Position numbers and translations under genes: made by a program
DNA from: Patescibacteria group bacterium
GTDB taxonomy: Bacteria > Patescibacteriota > Patescibacteriia > UBA9934
Assembly (NCBI GenBank): GCA_041659765.1
Contig: JBAZXR010000001.1
Coordinates: 108,537 to 172,536 of the forward strand
Direction of reading: 5' to 3'
DNA length: 64,000 nt
The notes under the pieces: generated by a model
Told to the model about the DNA's origin: nothing
What the model saw: only the letters and a program-made list of their open reading frames with translations
Databases searched by the model: none
Shown here: positions 8,390-16,679 of the stretch, in pieces
How positions within the stretch are numbered: position 1 is the first letter of the stretch
Layout: every line of letters begins with the position of its first letter

Positions 8390-9868
8390 TTAACCCCTAT
8401 ACTTTTTAATAAGACTCGAAATGATGCCCGTCTTGGAGTCCTTGAGGGCGTCTTTTATTTTGTCGCGGGCGTGGCGGGTTTTTACAAATTTCAACCAATC
8501 CTCGTTCGGAAATTTTCGATTCTTATCCGTGATGATTTCGCAGAGGTCGCCGGATTTGAGGGGAGTTGAGAGCGATGCGATTTCGCCGTTGATGCGAGCC
8601 TGAACCGCTTTGTTGCCGATTTCGGAGTGTACCGAGTAGGCGAGGTCGACCGGTGTCGATTCCTCAGGAAGATCGAGCACGTCACCACGGGGAGTAAAGA
8701 CGAAAATGCGATCACGGAACATGTCGAGCTTGAGCTCGTTCAAGTGCTTCATGAAATCGCTCGCAGAAAGTTCTTTTTGAATAACGGCCAGCTCTTCCAT
8801 CCAGCGGACTTGGCGGGCTTTTTGATCGTCGCCGGACTTGTACTTCCAGTGTGCGGCCACACCGTATTCGTTTTCTTCGTGCATCTGGCGGGTGCGAATC
8901 TGAAACTCAAGGATCGAGCCCTCGTTGTCGAATACCGTGGTGTGCAACGACTGATAGCCGTTTGGCTTAGGTTGGGCGATGTAATCCTTAATGCGTCCAG
9001 GCAGCGGCGTGTACATGCCGTGAAGAATGCCGAGCACGGCGTAACATTCCGGAATGTCCTTCACGATTACTCGTAAAGCCACGATGTCATAGACTTTACC
9101 AATGTCCTGTTTGTAACGGTCCAGCTTACGGTGCAGCGAGTACGCGTGTTTGACGCGGCCATGGACGTCAGCACCCGTGATTCCATGTTTTTTGAGCTCT
9201 ACGTCAACATCGTGCAACGCGCGATCTAGCGCCGGTCCGAATTTTTTTACCCGCTCTTCCAGAAGATGCTGCGTCCAGCTGTACTCTTTTGGCTCTAGAT
9301 ATTTAAAAGCGTAGTCCTCAAATTCTCCGCGGTATTCACCCATGCCAAGGCGGTTAGCAATAGGCGCGTAGATTTCTAGAACTTCTTTGGCTATACGCTG
9401 ACGCTTGGCTTCTGGTAGGGCGTAAAGCGTTTCCAGGTTATGCAAGCGGTCCGCAAACTTGATAAAGATTACGCGGACGTCTTCCGCCATAGCCACGAAC
9501 ATTTTTCGGAGGTTTTCCGCGTAACGTTCCTCGCCTCTATATTTTACTTTTCCGAGTTTCGTAATGGCGCCCACCATGCTCCGGATGTCTGCGCCGAATT
9601 CCACTTCAATGTCGTCCAGCGTTTTTTCTGTGTCTTCCGGAACGTCGTGCAAGAGACCTGCGGCAATGACTTCGCTTGGCAGTTTCAGGTTTGCGAGTTT
9701 TGTGCCGACGTTTGCACAGTGCGCAAAGTATGGTTCGCCAGTGTGACGAGCCTGTCCCGTATGGGCCATCTTGGCAAAATCAAACGCGCGTTCAACTAAC
9801 CGGACATCCTCTTCGGAGTACCGGTCATCAAGCGCTGCACGTAAAGTTGAAAATTCTAGTTCAGGCAT
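8390..9868 (-). CDS. rel: RelA/SpoT-homologue (RSH) (p)ppGpp synthetase/hydrolase, short form (HD + synthetase domains only)
   Basis: HD motif (LLHDVPEDT) and a synthetase region (RVKHAYSLHRKL, YQSLHTTV). At 492 aa it lacks the TGS/ACT C-terminal half of long RSH enzymes. Confidence 0.8.
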   Translation of the reverse strand: MPELEFSTLRAALDDRYSEEDVRLVERAFDFAKMAHTGQARHTGEPYFAHCANVGTKLANLKLPSEVIAAGLLHDVPEDTEKTLDDIEVEFGADIRSMVGAITKLGKVKYRGEERYAENLRKMFVAMAEDVRVIFIKFADRLHNLETLYALPEAKRQRIAKEVLEIYAPIANRLGMGEYRGEFEDYAFKYLEPKEYSWTQHLLEERVKKFGPALDRALHDVDVELKKHGITGADVHGRVKHAYSLHRKLDRYKQDIGKVYDIVALRVIVKDIPECYAVLGILHGMYTPLPGRIKDYIAQPKPNGYQSLHTTVFDNEGSILEFQIRTRQMHEENEYGVAAHWKYKSGDDQKARQVRWMEELAVIQKELSASDFMKHLNELKLDMFRDRIFVFTPRGDVLDLPEESTPVDLAYSVHSEIGNKAVQARINGEIASLSTPLKSGDLCEIITDKNRKFPNEDWLKFVKTRHARDKIKDALKDSKTGIISSLIKKYRG

Positions 9869-9945
9869 ATTTCAAACATAACTCGCCCTTGTTATCCCGT
9901 AAAGGGGAAGCGGTGGGGACGGAAACTGCGGTACAATAGCGCGGT

Positions 9946-10299
9946 ATGATGGGACACGGATCAGGGAAGGATTCCATGCAGAAAATAGCACATGACGCTC
10001 GCGCCACCGGTGAAGAACTGGCGCAGCTTCTTTTGGATTCCCCGCTTCCTCCTTCGGAAAAGAGCGCTTGGGCTGAACTTGTGCCTTTTATGACTGTGGA
10101 ACAGATCGGAAAATTCAGAGATATGCTGCTTTCTCACATGGAGCGTCAGATTTTTGATGAAGCCGAAGATATTATTTTGGCTATGAAAGCTGAGGAATTG
10201 AAGCGCCAGTTTGCGCATGCACATATCTTGGCAGATGCAAATAAAGCACTCGGCGTACTAGAGAAGGAAGTTGATGCTCTTGAGGGAGCTGTTAAATAG
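9946..10299 (+). CDS. Hypothetical alpha-helical protein
   Basis: 117 aa ORF with a TACAAT -10 upstream. It overlaps the next ORF by 29 nt in another frame. Confidence 0.4.
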   Translation: MMGHGSGKDSMQKIAHDARATGEELAQLLLDSPLPPSEKSAWAELVPFMTVEQIGKFRDMLLSHMERQIFDEAEDIILAMKAEELKRQFAHAHILADANKALGVLEKEVDALEGAVK

Positions 10300-12463
10300 T
10301 ATGGTTAAGAAGATGTCGAATATCGGCAGGGAACCCGTATGGCGCGGTTCCAATCGTGAGACGGAACCCGGCGAACCGGATGTATTAGAAGTGACAGAGG
10401 TGATTCATCGGCGAGATCTAAATACCTTAGCTCGGAAGCAGGAAGCTTTGGCTCGAGAGACGGATAATGAAAAAGAAACTGAACCATCCCTGGAGGGCGA
10501 GCTTTATGGACTTGAGCGTAGGGCGCGGATTTTGCAGGCTCACCGGCATGAACCAGCTGATTACGCTCATTTGCGGGAGCAGAAGAAGGCGCTGGCCAAG
10601 CGGATCAAGGGAGATAAAAAGTTAGAAGAACGACTTAGCCGAATCACGTTTAGCGAGATTGTTGGACAAGGCGAGCCGGTCGTGGGGCAAGATGTTGAAC
10701 GGCCTAGATCTAAGGAACTTGAACAGGCCGATTCGGCATATCGGGCCAAGCTAGATTATCTGGCTAACATGCTGGTTACCGTTGATCAGCTGCTTAATGC
10801 CGATGCTCCATCAAAAACAAAAATAAAAAAGATGCTGGATGGCGTGGTGAATGCGCTCGGCGGCGCTCATTTGACGTACGCGGCTGAGACGGAACGGGCG
10901 TTAACGAAGTCTTTGATTGAGCGGGCTGACATGCTGGCTAGAAAAATTATTCTTGATCAGCACCGGTTAGAAAATATTTTGGAAGTTGCACCAGCGCGGG
11001 AGACTAAGCTAAGAAAGCTTCCACGAAAAACGCGCCAAGGAAACCGAAAGAGGATATTGCCGGGGATGGTGCCAGAGCATTTACTTCGTACTGGCGTGAC
11101 ACTTCCGGAGAAACCAGACATCGCCCAGATCGTTCTTCCGTCTGAGGAGAGGCTAGGGAAGAAAACAGAGGGTTTTGGTGAGCGGTTGCGCCATGGTTTT
11201 GCATATTTATGGAATCGTGGGAAGCGTGAGGGCGCGGAGAAGGCTGAACTCAAGGAGATTGAGACATTCGGTGAAACCGCTAAGATGACTGCGGCCCTCG
11301 CGAGGACTGCGGTGACGTTTGGCGGTGCATATTTGGATCCGGAGCTCGTGAAACACATGCCCGCGTCTTTGTTGTCCAAAAAAGAAACTGAGCAGTTGGA
11401 ACTGATGCTGCGGGCTGTTGCGGAAGGTGGAACGAAGAGTCCGGATGAACAGGGGTATGACTCGTATAAGGAAGGAGTTCGCAGACTAGCAGAGCGCGTC
11501 AGTGCGTCGCGTTATGGTACGCCCAAAGAGAAGGGAAAAATTCTGGGGGACATCATGCGGGCAACCATTACTCCGCAGGATGATCGTACGCGTGCGGAGC
11601 GTGAACAACTCAAGGTTTCTGCTGAGCTTTTGACTAAGCCACGCGAGGAAATGACGAGCAATACGACACTTATTTTGGGTGAGCATTTGCTCCGCGCGCC
11701 AGCATATGACGGTGAGGCACTTATCGCTCGATTTAAAACTGTTGCGAGAGATGGTGCGACGGACGCAACGGCTCGCGAGCGCATTAGGAAATTCATCGCA
11801 GATCAGTTTGCGGAAACTGCTAAGACGTGGAACGGAGGCAGTACGAGACAGAAGGCATACGCAGGTCTGAAGACCATTGGGAAAGCGCTCGGTGCTGCTG
11901 GTTTTGCATATGCTACCCGCGAATTATGGGAAGTAATGCCGACGGTGGACACCTTAACGCAGGACGAGCTTCGCGTGCGGATTGACGACGCGCTTGAGGC
12001 TTCTGAAGCTCGCGATGACGTTCACGTGCTGCAGGAGCTTTCCGCTCATGAGGCGCTGTGGTCTGGTGCAGAAACGCTTGGCGAGCACGGGACCGTGAGC
12101 GTTCCCTTGGCTGAAGCGGAAATATCTGAATATTCTGCGGGGCAACTGGCGGCGGGCACGGTTAGGAAGGGCGATGGTATAACGCAGGCTTTGATCCGTG
12201 TGATTGCCGAGAACCCAAAACAGTTTGGCTATGTACACGACCAGTTGGCGTTTGATCTTAATGCCAGAAAACTCGCTCTTACGATGGTGAAGAATGACGG
12301 GCTCTTACGTACATGGCTGAATGATCAAGCCGTAGGGAATTTGCTAGTACTTCCGGTGATGAGATCGGACGGTTGGCATGTGGAGTTTTTAGACGCCAAG
12401 ACGCACGAGGAAATTTCTGGTAAAGCCTTGAAGGCATTTACAAAAGCACAACCGAGGCCTTAA
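10271..12463 (+). CDS. Large hypothetical protein (~720-730 aa, charged, predicted helical/coiled-coil)
   Basis: Long ORF with no recognisable catalytic motif. An alternative start at ATG 10301 lies 2 nt after the upstream stop. Confidence 0.5.
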   Translation: MMLLRELLNSMVKKMSNIGREPVWRGSNRETEPGEPDVLEVTEVIHRRDLNTLARKQEALARETDNEKETEPSLEGELYGLERRARILQAHRHEPADYAHLREQKKALAKRIKGDKKLEERLSRITFSEIVGQGEPVVGQDVERPRSKELEQADSAYRAKLDYLANMLVTVDQLLNADAPSKTKIKKMLDGVVNALGGAHLTYAAETERALTKSLIERADMLARKIILDQHRLENILEVAPARETKLRKLPRKTRQGNRKRILPGMVPEHLLRTGVTLPEKPDIAQIVLPSEERLGKKTEGFGERLRHGFAYLWNRGKREGAEKAELKEIETFGETAKMTAALARTAVTFGGAYLDPELVKHMPASLLSKKETEQLELMLRAVAEGGTKSPDEQGYDSYKEGVRRLAERVSASRYGTPKEKGKILGDIMRATITPQDDRTRAEREQLKVSAELLTKPREEMTSNTTLILGEHLLRAPAYDGEALIARFKTVARDGATDATARERIRKFIADQFAETAKTWNGGSTRQKAYAGLKTIGKALGAAGFAYATRELWEVMPTVDTLTQDELRVRIDDALEASEARDDVHVLQELSAHEALWSGAETLGEHGTVSVPLAEAEISEYSAGQLAAGTVRKGDGITQALIRVIAENPKQFGYVHDQLAFDLNARKLALTMVKNDGLLRTWLNDQAVGNLLVLPVMRSDGWHVEFLDAKTHEEISGKALKAFTKAQPRP

Positions 12464-12465
12464 GC
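12441..12465. terminator. Perfect 10-bp-stem hairpin (caaccgaggc cttaa gcctcggttg) spanning the overlapping stop codons of two convergent genes
   Basis: The TTAA centre holds the TAA stops of both the 10271..12463 ORF and topA. Confidence 0.5.
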
Positions 12466-14736
12466 CTCGGTTGTTTCTTTGGGTTTGCGGGTAAATTTGC
12501 GTTTGGGCGCTTTACGCTTTTTGATCAGCATTTCAATGGCCATTTCGCGGGTGACTGTGGCGGGGTCAACATCTTTTTTGATTGTGACGTTTGTCTTGCC
12601 GTCAGTTACGTAGGGACCGAAGCGACCATCTTTTACAAGTATTTTTCCCTTCGTTTCCGGGTCTTCGCCAAGGTCAGCGAGAGGCGTCATCTGTTTGATT
12701 TTTTTCTCGACGCCGGTCGTGCAAAGTTCTATAGCCTGCTCAAGGGTGATCGTTTTCGGATCCGTCCCTTCCGGCATGGAGATGTTCATTTCGCCGCACT
12801 TTAGATAGGGGCCAAAACGTCCGGTGTTCGCTACAATCTCATAGCCGTTTGGATGTGCGCCGAGCGTGCGGGGGAGGACAAGAAGGTGCAGCGCATCAGC
12901 AAGAGTGATAGTTTCCAGTGCTTGATGTTTTTCAAGCGAGGCGCGTTTGGGTTTGATTTCATCCGTCACTGGTCCTAACTGGACGAAGGGACCGAAACGG
13001 CCGTTTCTGGCAATAACTTCCAGCCCTGTTTTGGGATCAATACCGAGTGAACGTTCTTTCATGACATCTGAGCGGGAGAGATCCTTGGTCTTTTCCTCGA
13101 TGCGTTCGTGAAAGGGCGTGTAGAAATCGCCGATGGCTTTAACCCATGACTCCTGGCCGTCAGCGATATCGTCGAATTGCTTTTCCATCTTGGCGGTGAA
13201 TTCCAGGTCGACAATTTGTGGGAAGTGTTCGACGAGAAGGTCGATAACTATCATGGCGATGTCTGACGGGAATAATTTTTTATTGTCGTCGCGCAGGACG
13301 TACTCGCGCGCCTCGATAGTCGAAAGAGTCGGCGCGTAGGTTGAAGGCCGACCAATTCCGTGTTCCTCGAGTGCCTTAATAAGGGTGGCGTCTGAATATC
13401 TGGCCGGTGGTTCAGTGAAATGCTGTTCTGGTTTTATTTCTTTTGCTTGGCCAATGTCATCGCCCTTCATCATGCTTGGCAAGAGTTTATCTTCAGAGGC
13501 CTGCCAAACTTTCATGTAGCCGTCAAAAACAACCGTTGAGCCAGTGGTGCGGAAGGTGTGGCTATTGCCTTCAAGGTCAATAGCTGTACGACGAATTTTG
13601 GCAGCTGGCATCTGAGAAGCGAGCGTACGACGCCAAATGAGGTCGTAAAGTTTAGCCATGCCGGGATCCAGCGTCGCCTTGGCGTCATCAGGGGAGGCGT
13701 CAGCGTTTGTAGGCCTGATAGCTTCGTGGGCTTCCTGAGCGCCCTTCTTAGACGTGTGGTACGCTACGGAACCCTTGGCGTACTCTGTGCCGAATGACTT
13801 TTTAATGTACGCCTGTGCACCATCTAGGAACTGCGTGCTCAGGTTCAATGAGTCTGTACGCATGTAGGTGATGAAACCAGTTTCATACAGCTTTTGGGCG
13901 AGCGTCATGGTCTGCTTGGCACTCATTCCGAGTCGGTTGTACGCTTCCTGTTGGAGCGTCGAGGTCGTGAGCGGAGTAGGCGGTTTCTTGCTTGCATCTT
14001 TTTCTTCAACCGAAATAATCGAAAAGTTTGCATCTTTTACCGCGTCAACAATTGCTTGCGCATCCTTCTCATTTTTAATGTCGAGTTTATCGAGTTTCTT
14101 GTCTCCGATAGCATGAAGCTTGGCAGGGAATTCGGTGCCAGCTTTTTCGAACAGCCCTTCAATAGACCAGTACTCGTCTTGTTTAAAGGCGAGGCGCTCG
14201 CGTTCACGTTCAACCACTAGCCGAACAGCGACGGATTGTACGCGACCAGCGGAGAGGCCTCGGCGCACTTTTTTCCACAGGAGGGGAGACAACTCGTAGC
14301 CTACTAGACGATCCAAAATGCGGCGCGCCTGCTGGGCGTCCACTAGGTTCATATCCAGTGTGCGGGAGGTTTTGAGGGCGTGTTCAATAGCGCTCTTGGT
14401 GATTTCATGGAACGTAATGCGCTTCGCGGTCTTTTCATCTAGATCCAATACTTCAGCAATGTGCCAGGCAATAGCTTCCCCTTCGCGGTCTTCGTCGGTT
14501 GCGAGGTAGACCTCTGTGGCTTTTTTGGCTGCATCCTTGAGCGCCTTCACCTTATCTTTTTTATCATCAGGGACGATGTAGGTAGGCGCAAAATCATGTT
14601 CAATATCAACCCCCATTTTCCGTTCTGGGAGGTCACGGATGTGCCCGTAGGAGGAAATAACCGTGTAACTTGAGCCAAGAAACTTGTTAATGGTTTTGGC
14701 TTTGGTGGGTGACTCTACAATAAGGAGTGGCGGCAT
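12460..14736 (-). CDS. topA: DNA topoisomerase I
   Basis: TOPRIM N-terminus (LIVESPTKAKTI), an active-site Tyr region and C-terminal zinc-ribbon/repeat domains. Length is 758 aa. Confidence 0.9.
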   Translation of the reverse strand: MPPLLIVESPTKAKTINKFLGSSYTVISSYGHIRDLPERKMGVDIEHDFAPTYIVPDDKKDKVKALKDAAKKATEVYLATDEDREGEAIAWHIAEVLDLDEKTAKRITFHEITKSAIEHALKTSRTLDMNLVDAQQARRILDRLVGYELSPLLWKKVRRGLSAGRVQSVAVRLVVERERERLAFKQDEYWSIEGLFEKAGTEFPAKLHAIGDKKLDKLDIKNEKDAQAIVDAVKDANFSIISVEEKDASKKPPTPLTTSTLQQEAYNRLGMSAKQTMTLAQKLYETGFITYMRTDSLNLSTQFLDGAQAYIKKSFGTEYAKGSVAYHTSKKGAQEAHEAIRPTNADASPDDAKATLDPGMAKLYDLIWRRTLASQMPAAKIRRTAIDLEGNSHTFRTTGSTVVFDGYMKVWQASEDKLLPSMMKGDDIGQAKEIKPEQHFTEPPARYSDATLIKALEEHGIGRPSTYAPTLSTIEAREYVLRDDNKKLFPSDIAMIVIDLLVEHFPQIVDLEFTAKMEKQFDDIADGQESWVKAIGDFYTPFHERIEEKTKDLSRSDVMKERSLGIDPKTGLEVIARNGRFGPFVQLGPVTDEIKPKRASLEKHQALETITLADALHLLVLPRTLGAHPNGYEIVANTGRFGPYLKCGEMNISMPEGTDPKTITLEQAIELCTTGVEKKIKQMTPLADLGEDPETKGKILVKDGRFGPYVTDGKTNVTIKKDVDPATVTREMAIEMLIKKRKAPKRKFTRKPKETTEA

Positions 14737-14805
14737 AGAAGCAAAATTGATAGCCCGAATGATACCTCATCGTCAAGCTGTGGTCGGGGGATCCGCACAT
14801 TCCCT

Positions 14806-14836
14806 CCCGAAATTTGAGTCGGGTTACCTTTTTCGG
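14806..14836. repeat. Truncated or degenerate copy of the conserved-loop hairpin element (ccgaaa / tttcgg stem, loop TTTGAGTCGGGTTACCTT)
   Basis: Contains GAGTCGGGTTACC, matching the element core, within a 6-bp stem. It abuts copy 2. Confidence 0.5.
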
Positions 14837-14910
14837 CGGTGCACCCGTTTCCGTAAAAATTGGAGTCGGATTACCTCCTAACAATTTTTCCGGAAACGGG
14901 TGCACCGCCG
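14834..14910. repeat. Conserved-loop hairpin element, copy 2 (perfect 20-bp stem cggcggtgcacccgtttccg; core 14861..14883)
   Basis: Perfect inverted repeat around TGGAGTCGGATTACCTCCTAACA. It lies in the intergenic region between topA and dprA. Confidence 0.85.
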
Positions 14911-14929
14911 AATGGGATCCTAAGCCGAA

Positions 14930-14992
14930 GGGTGATATCCAAAATAAAATGTTAGGAGGTAACCCGACTCCATTTTATTTTGGATATCACCC
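14930..14992. repeat. Conserved-loop hairpin element, copy 3, core in opposite orientation (GTTAGGAGGTAACCCGACTCC, one substitution)
   Basis: Perfect 21-bp stem gggtgatatccaaaataaaat / attttattttggatatcaccc, immediately downstream of the dprA stop. Confidence 0.85.
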
Positions 14993-15001
14993 GCAGGCGA
15001 A

Positions 15002-16102
15002 TTACACGCGCTCATATCGTGTACCCCCGAGACTGCGCACAACACCCATGAGCTCGAGTTCGAGGAGCGCGCGCGACATGTCAGAAGCTGTCGAGCCTGT
15101 TTTGAGACATAGTTCATCGGCAAAGAGCGAGCTATGTTCGAGATAAGCGCAAATACTCCTATGAAAGGGAATAAGTTCAGGTAGAGGTTTCTTGAGTGCG
15201 ACGGGCTGTGGCGCAGGCGCGCCATCTGTTTTTCGCGGCGTAGCTATTCCAAAGGCTAAGAGGAGATCGTCGGGGCTCGTAGCTACGAACGCTCCATCTT
15301 TGATGAGATTGTTTGTTCCGGCCGAGGTGAGGGAATCAATCGGCCCCGGTACTGCAAAAACTTCTCGTCCAGCGTTAATCGCTGCGTGAGCGGTGAGGAG
15401 CGAACCAGACGGAAGACCGGCTTCCACAACGAGCGTGATTCTGCTCATGCCCGCAATAATTCTATTCCGCATGGGAAAGTGAAACCTGAGGAATGGCGAG
15501 TGAAGACCGTACTCCGTGACGAGCGTGCCTCCAGTTTCGATAATTTTTTCGGCGATATTTTCCTTGTCCATGCTGTTATGTGCGAGGAGCCCGCCGCCGA
15601 GGACGGCCGTAGTATGTCCTTTTGCTTCGATTGCACCCTTATGTGCAATGGTGTCAATTCCTAGCGCTAGCCCAGAGACAATCGACACACCGTGTGCGGC
15701 CAGTCCGTACGCAAAAGTTCTGGCGGTTTTCTTTCCGTATTCGCTGAGATTTCTGGAGCCGACAATAGAGACGCATTGTTCTCTCATTAACTCGCCCTGT
15801 ATAAACAGTGCGAACGGTGGGTCATAGATCGTTTTGAGAAGTGCAGGATATTCGGTATCATCTTTGGTGATGAGTCTGATACCGTGTTGTTCCATGCTTT
15901 TGACGTATACGTCGGGGCGGGCGGCTTGGCGGAACGTAAAAAATCCCGCCAGACGGGATTCGGGGATGCCGAGCTCAAGAAATTCGTGTTCGGGCGCTGC
16001 CCAGATAGCTTGCGCTGTCCCAAATTTGGCGAAGAGTTTTTCAAGTGTTCGCGAGCCAAAGACCGGACAGTTGGCGAGAGCGACCAGAAACGGATCCGTC
16101 AT
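15002..16102 (-). CDS. dprA: DNA processing protein DprA (Smf)
   Basis: Rossmann-like DprA core (GLALGIDTIAHKGA, VVEAGLPSGSLLTA) with a C-terminal winged-helix domain. Confidence 0.85.
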   Translation of the reverse strand: MTDPFLVALANCPVFGSRTLEKLFAKFGTAQAIWAAPEHEFLELGIPESRLAGFFTFRQAARPDVYVKSMEQHGIRLITKDDTEYPALLKTIYDPPFALFIQGELMREQCVSIVGSRNLSEYGKKTARTFAYGLAAHGVSIVSGLALGIDTIAHKGAIEAKGHTTAVLGGGLLAHNSMDKENIAEKIIETGGTLVTEYGLHSPFLRFHFPMRNRIIAGMSRITLVVEAGLPSGSLLTAHAAINAGREVFAVPGPIDSLTSAGTNNLIKDGAFVATSPDDLLLAFGIATPRKTDGAPAPQPVALKKPLPELIPFHRSICAYLEHSSLFADELCLKTGSTASDMSRALLELELMGVVRSLGGTRYERV

Positions 16103-16671
16103 AGCTTGCTGGTTCGGGGGGAGATACCGGCCTCTACGGCGTCGATCAATTCATCGACTGCCAGTGAGATCACTGGCGCGAGCAGCTTCATTTCGTCTTT
16201 TGAAAATTTTGAAAGAACCCAGGCGTCTAGCGGAACGTTTGCTGGCTGCGGATCAACGCCAATTTTTACTCGCGGAAATGCGTCGGTCTTGAACTGTTCA
16301 ATCACGGACTTTAGTCCATTATGTCCTCCAGCGGAGCCCCCCGTTCTGACACGCAGGGTGCCAAGTGGCAGTGCGACGTCATCTGATACCAGAATTACTT
16401 GCTCGGGTTTTACTTTGTAGAAATGAGCGAGGGCACTTGCGGATCTGCCGGACGCATTCATGAACGTCCAGGGTTTAGCGATAATGACTTTGTGTTCGCC
16501 GATTCGTCCTTCAGCAACTTCGGCTTGAAATGCGTCCATGTCCTTAAAAGAAGCGTCGAGTTTCTTGGCTAAGGCCTCGATCACGAGAAACCCGGCATTA
16601 TGCCGTGTCCGTTCGAACTCGTCACCAGGATTGCCAAGGCCGACAATGATGAACGTCATACTTTGCGCCAT
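16099..16671 (-). CDS. pth: Peptidyl-tRNA hydrolase
   Basis: GLGNPG and HNAGF motifs. It overlaps the dprA start. Confidence 0.9.
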   Translation of the reverse strand: MAQSMTFIIVGLGNPGDEFERTRHNAGFLVIEALAKKLDASFKDMDAFQAEVAEGRIGEHKVIIAKPWTFMNASGRSASALAHFYKVKPEQVILVSDDVALPLGTLRVRTGGSAGGHNGLKSVIEQFKTDAFPRVKIGVDPQPANVPLDAWVLSKFSKDEMKLLAPVISLAVDELIDAVEAGISPRTSKL

Positions 16672-16679
16672 TCTACCAT

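Noticed and set aside
14814-15146. Short ORFs whose translations contain MLGGNPTPF or KLLGGNPTP: 1316..1585(-), 14684..14881(+), 14687..14905(-), 14814..15146(+), 14920..15225(-), 43634..44020(+), 59385..59825(-)
   Set aside because: The shared peptide is simply the translation of the conserved hairpin-loop core (GTTAGGAGGTAATCCGACTCC). These ORFs lie in intergenic hairpins and have no RBS, so they are repeat artefacts rather than a protein family.
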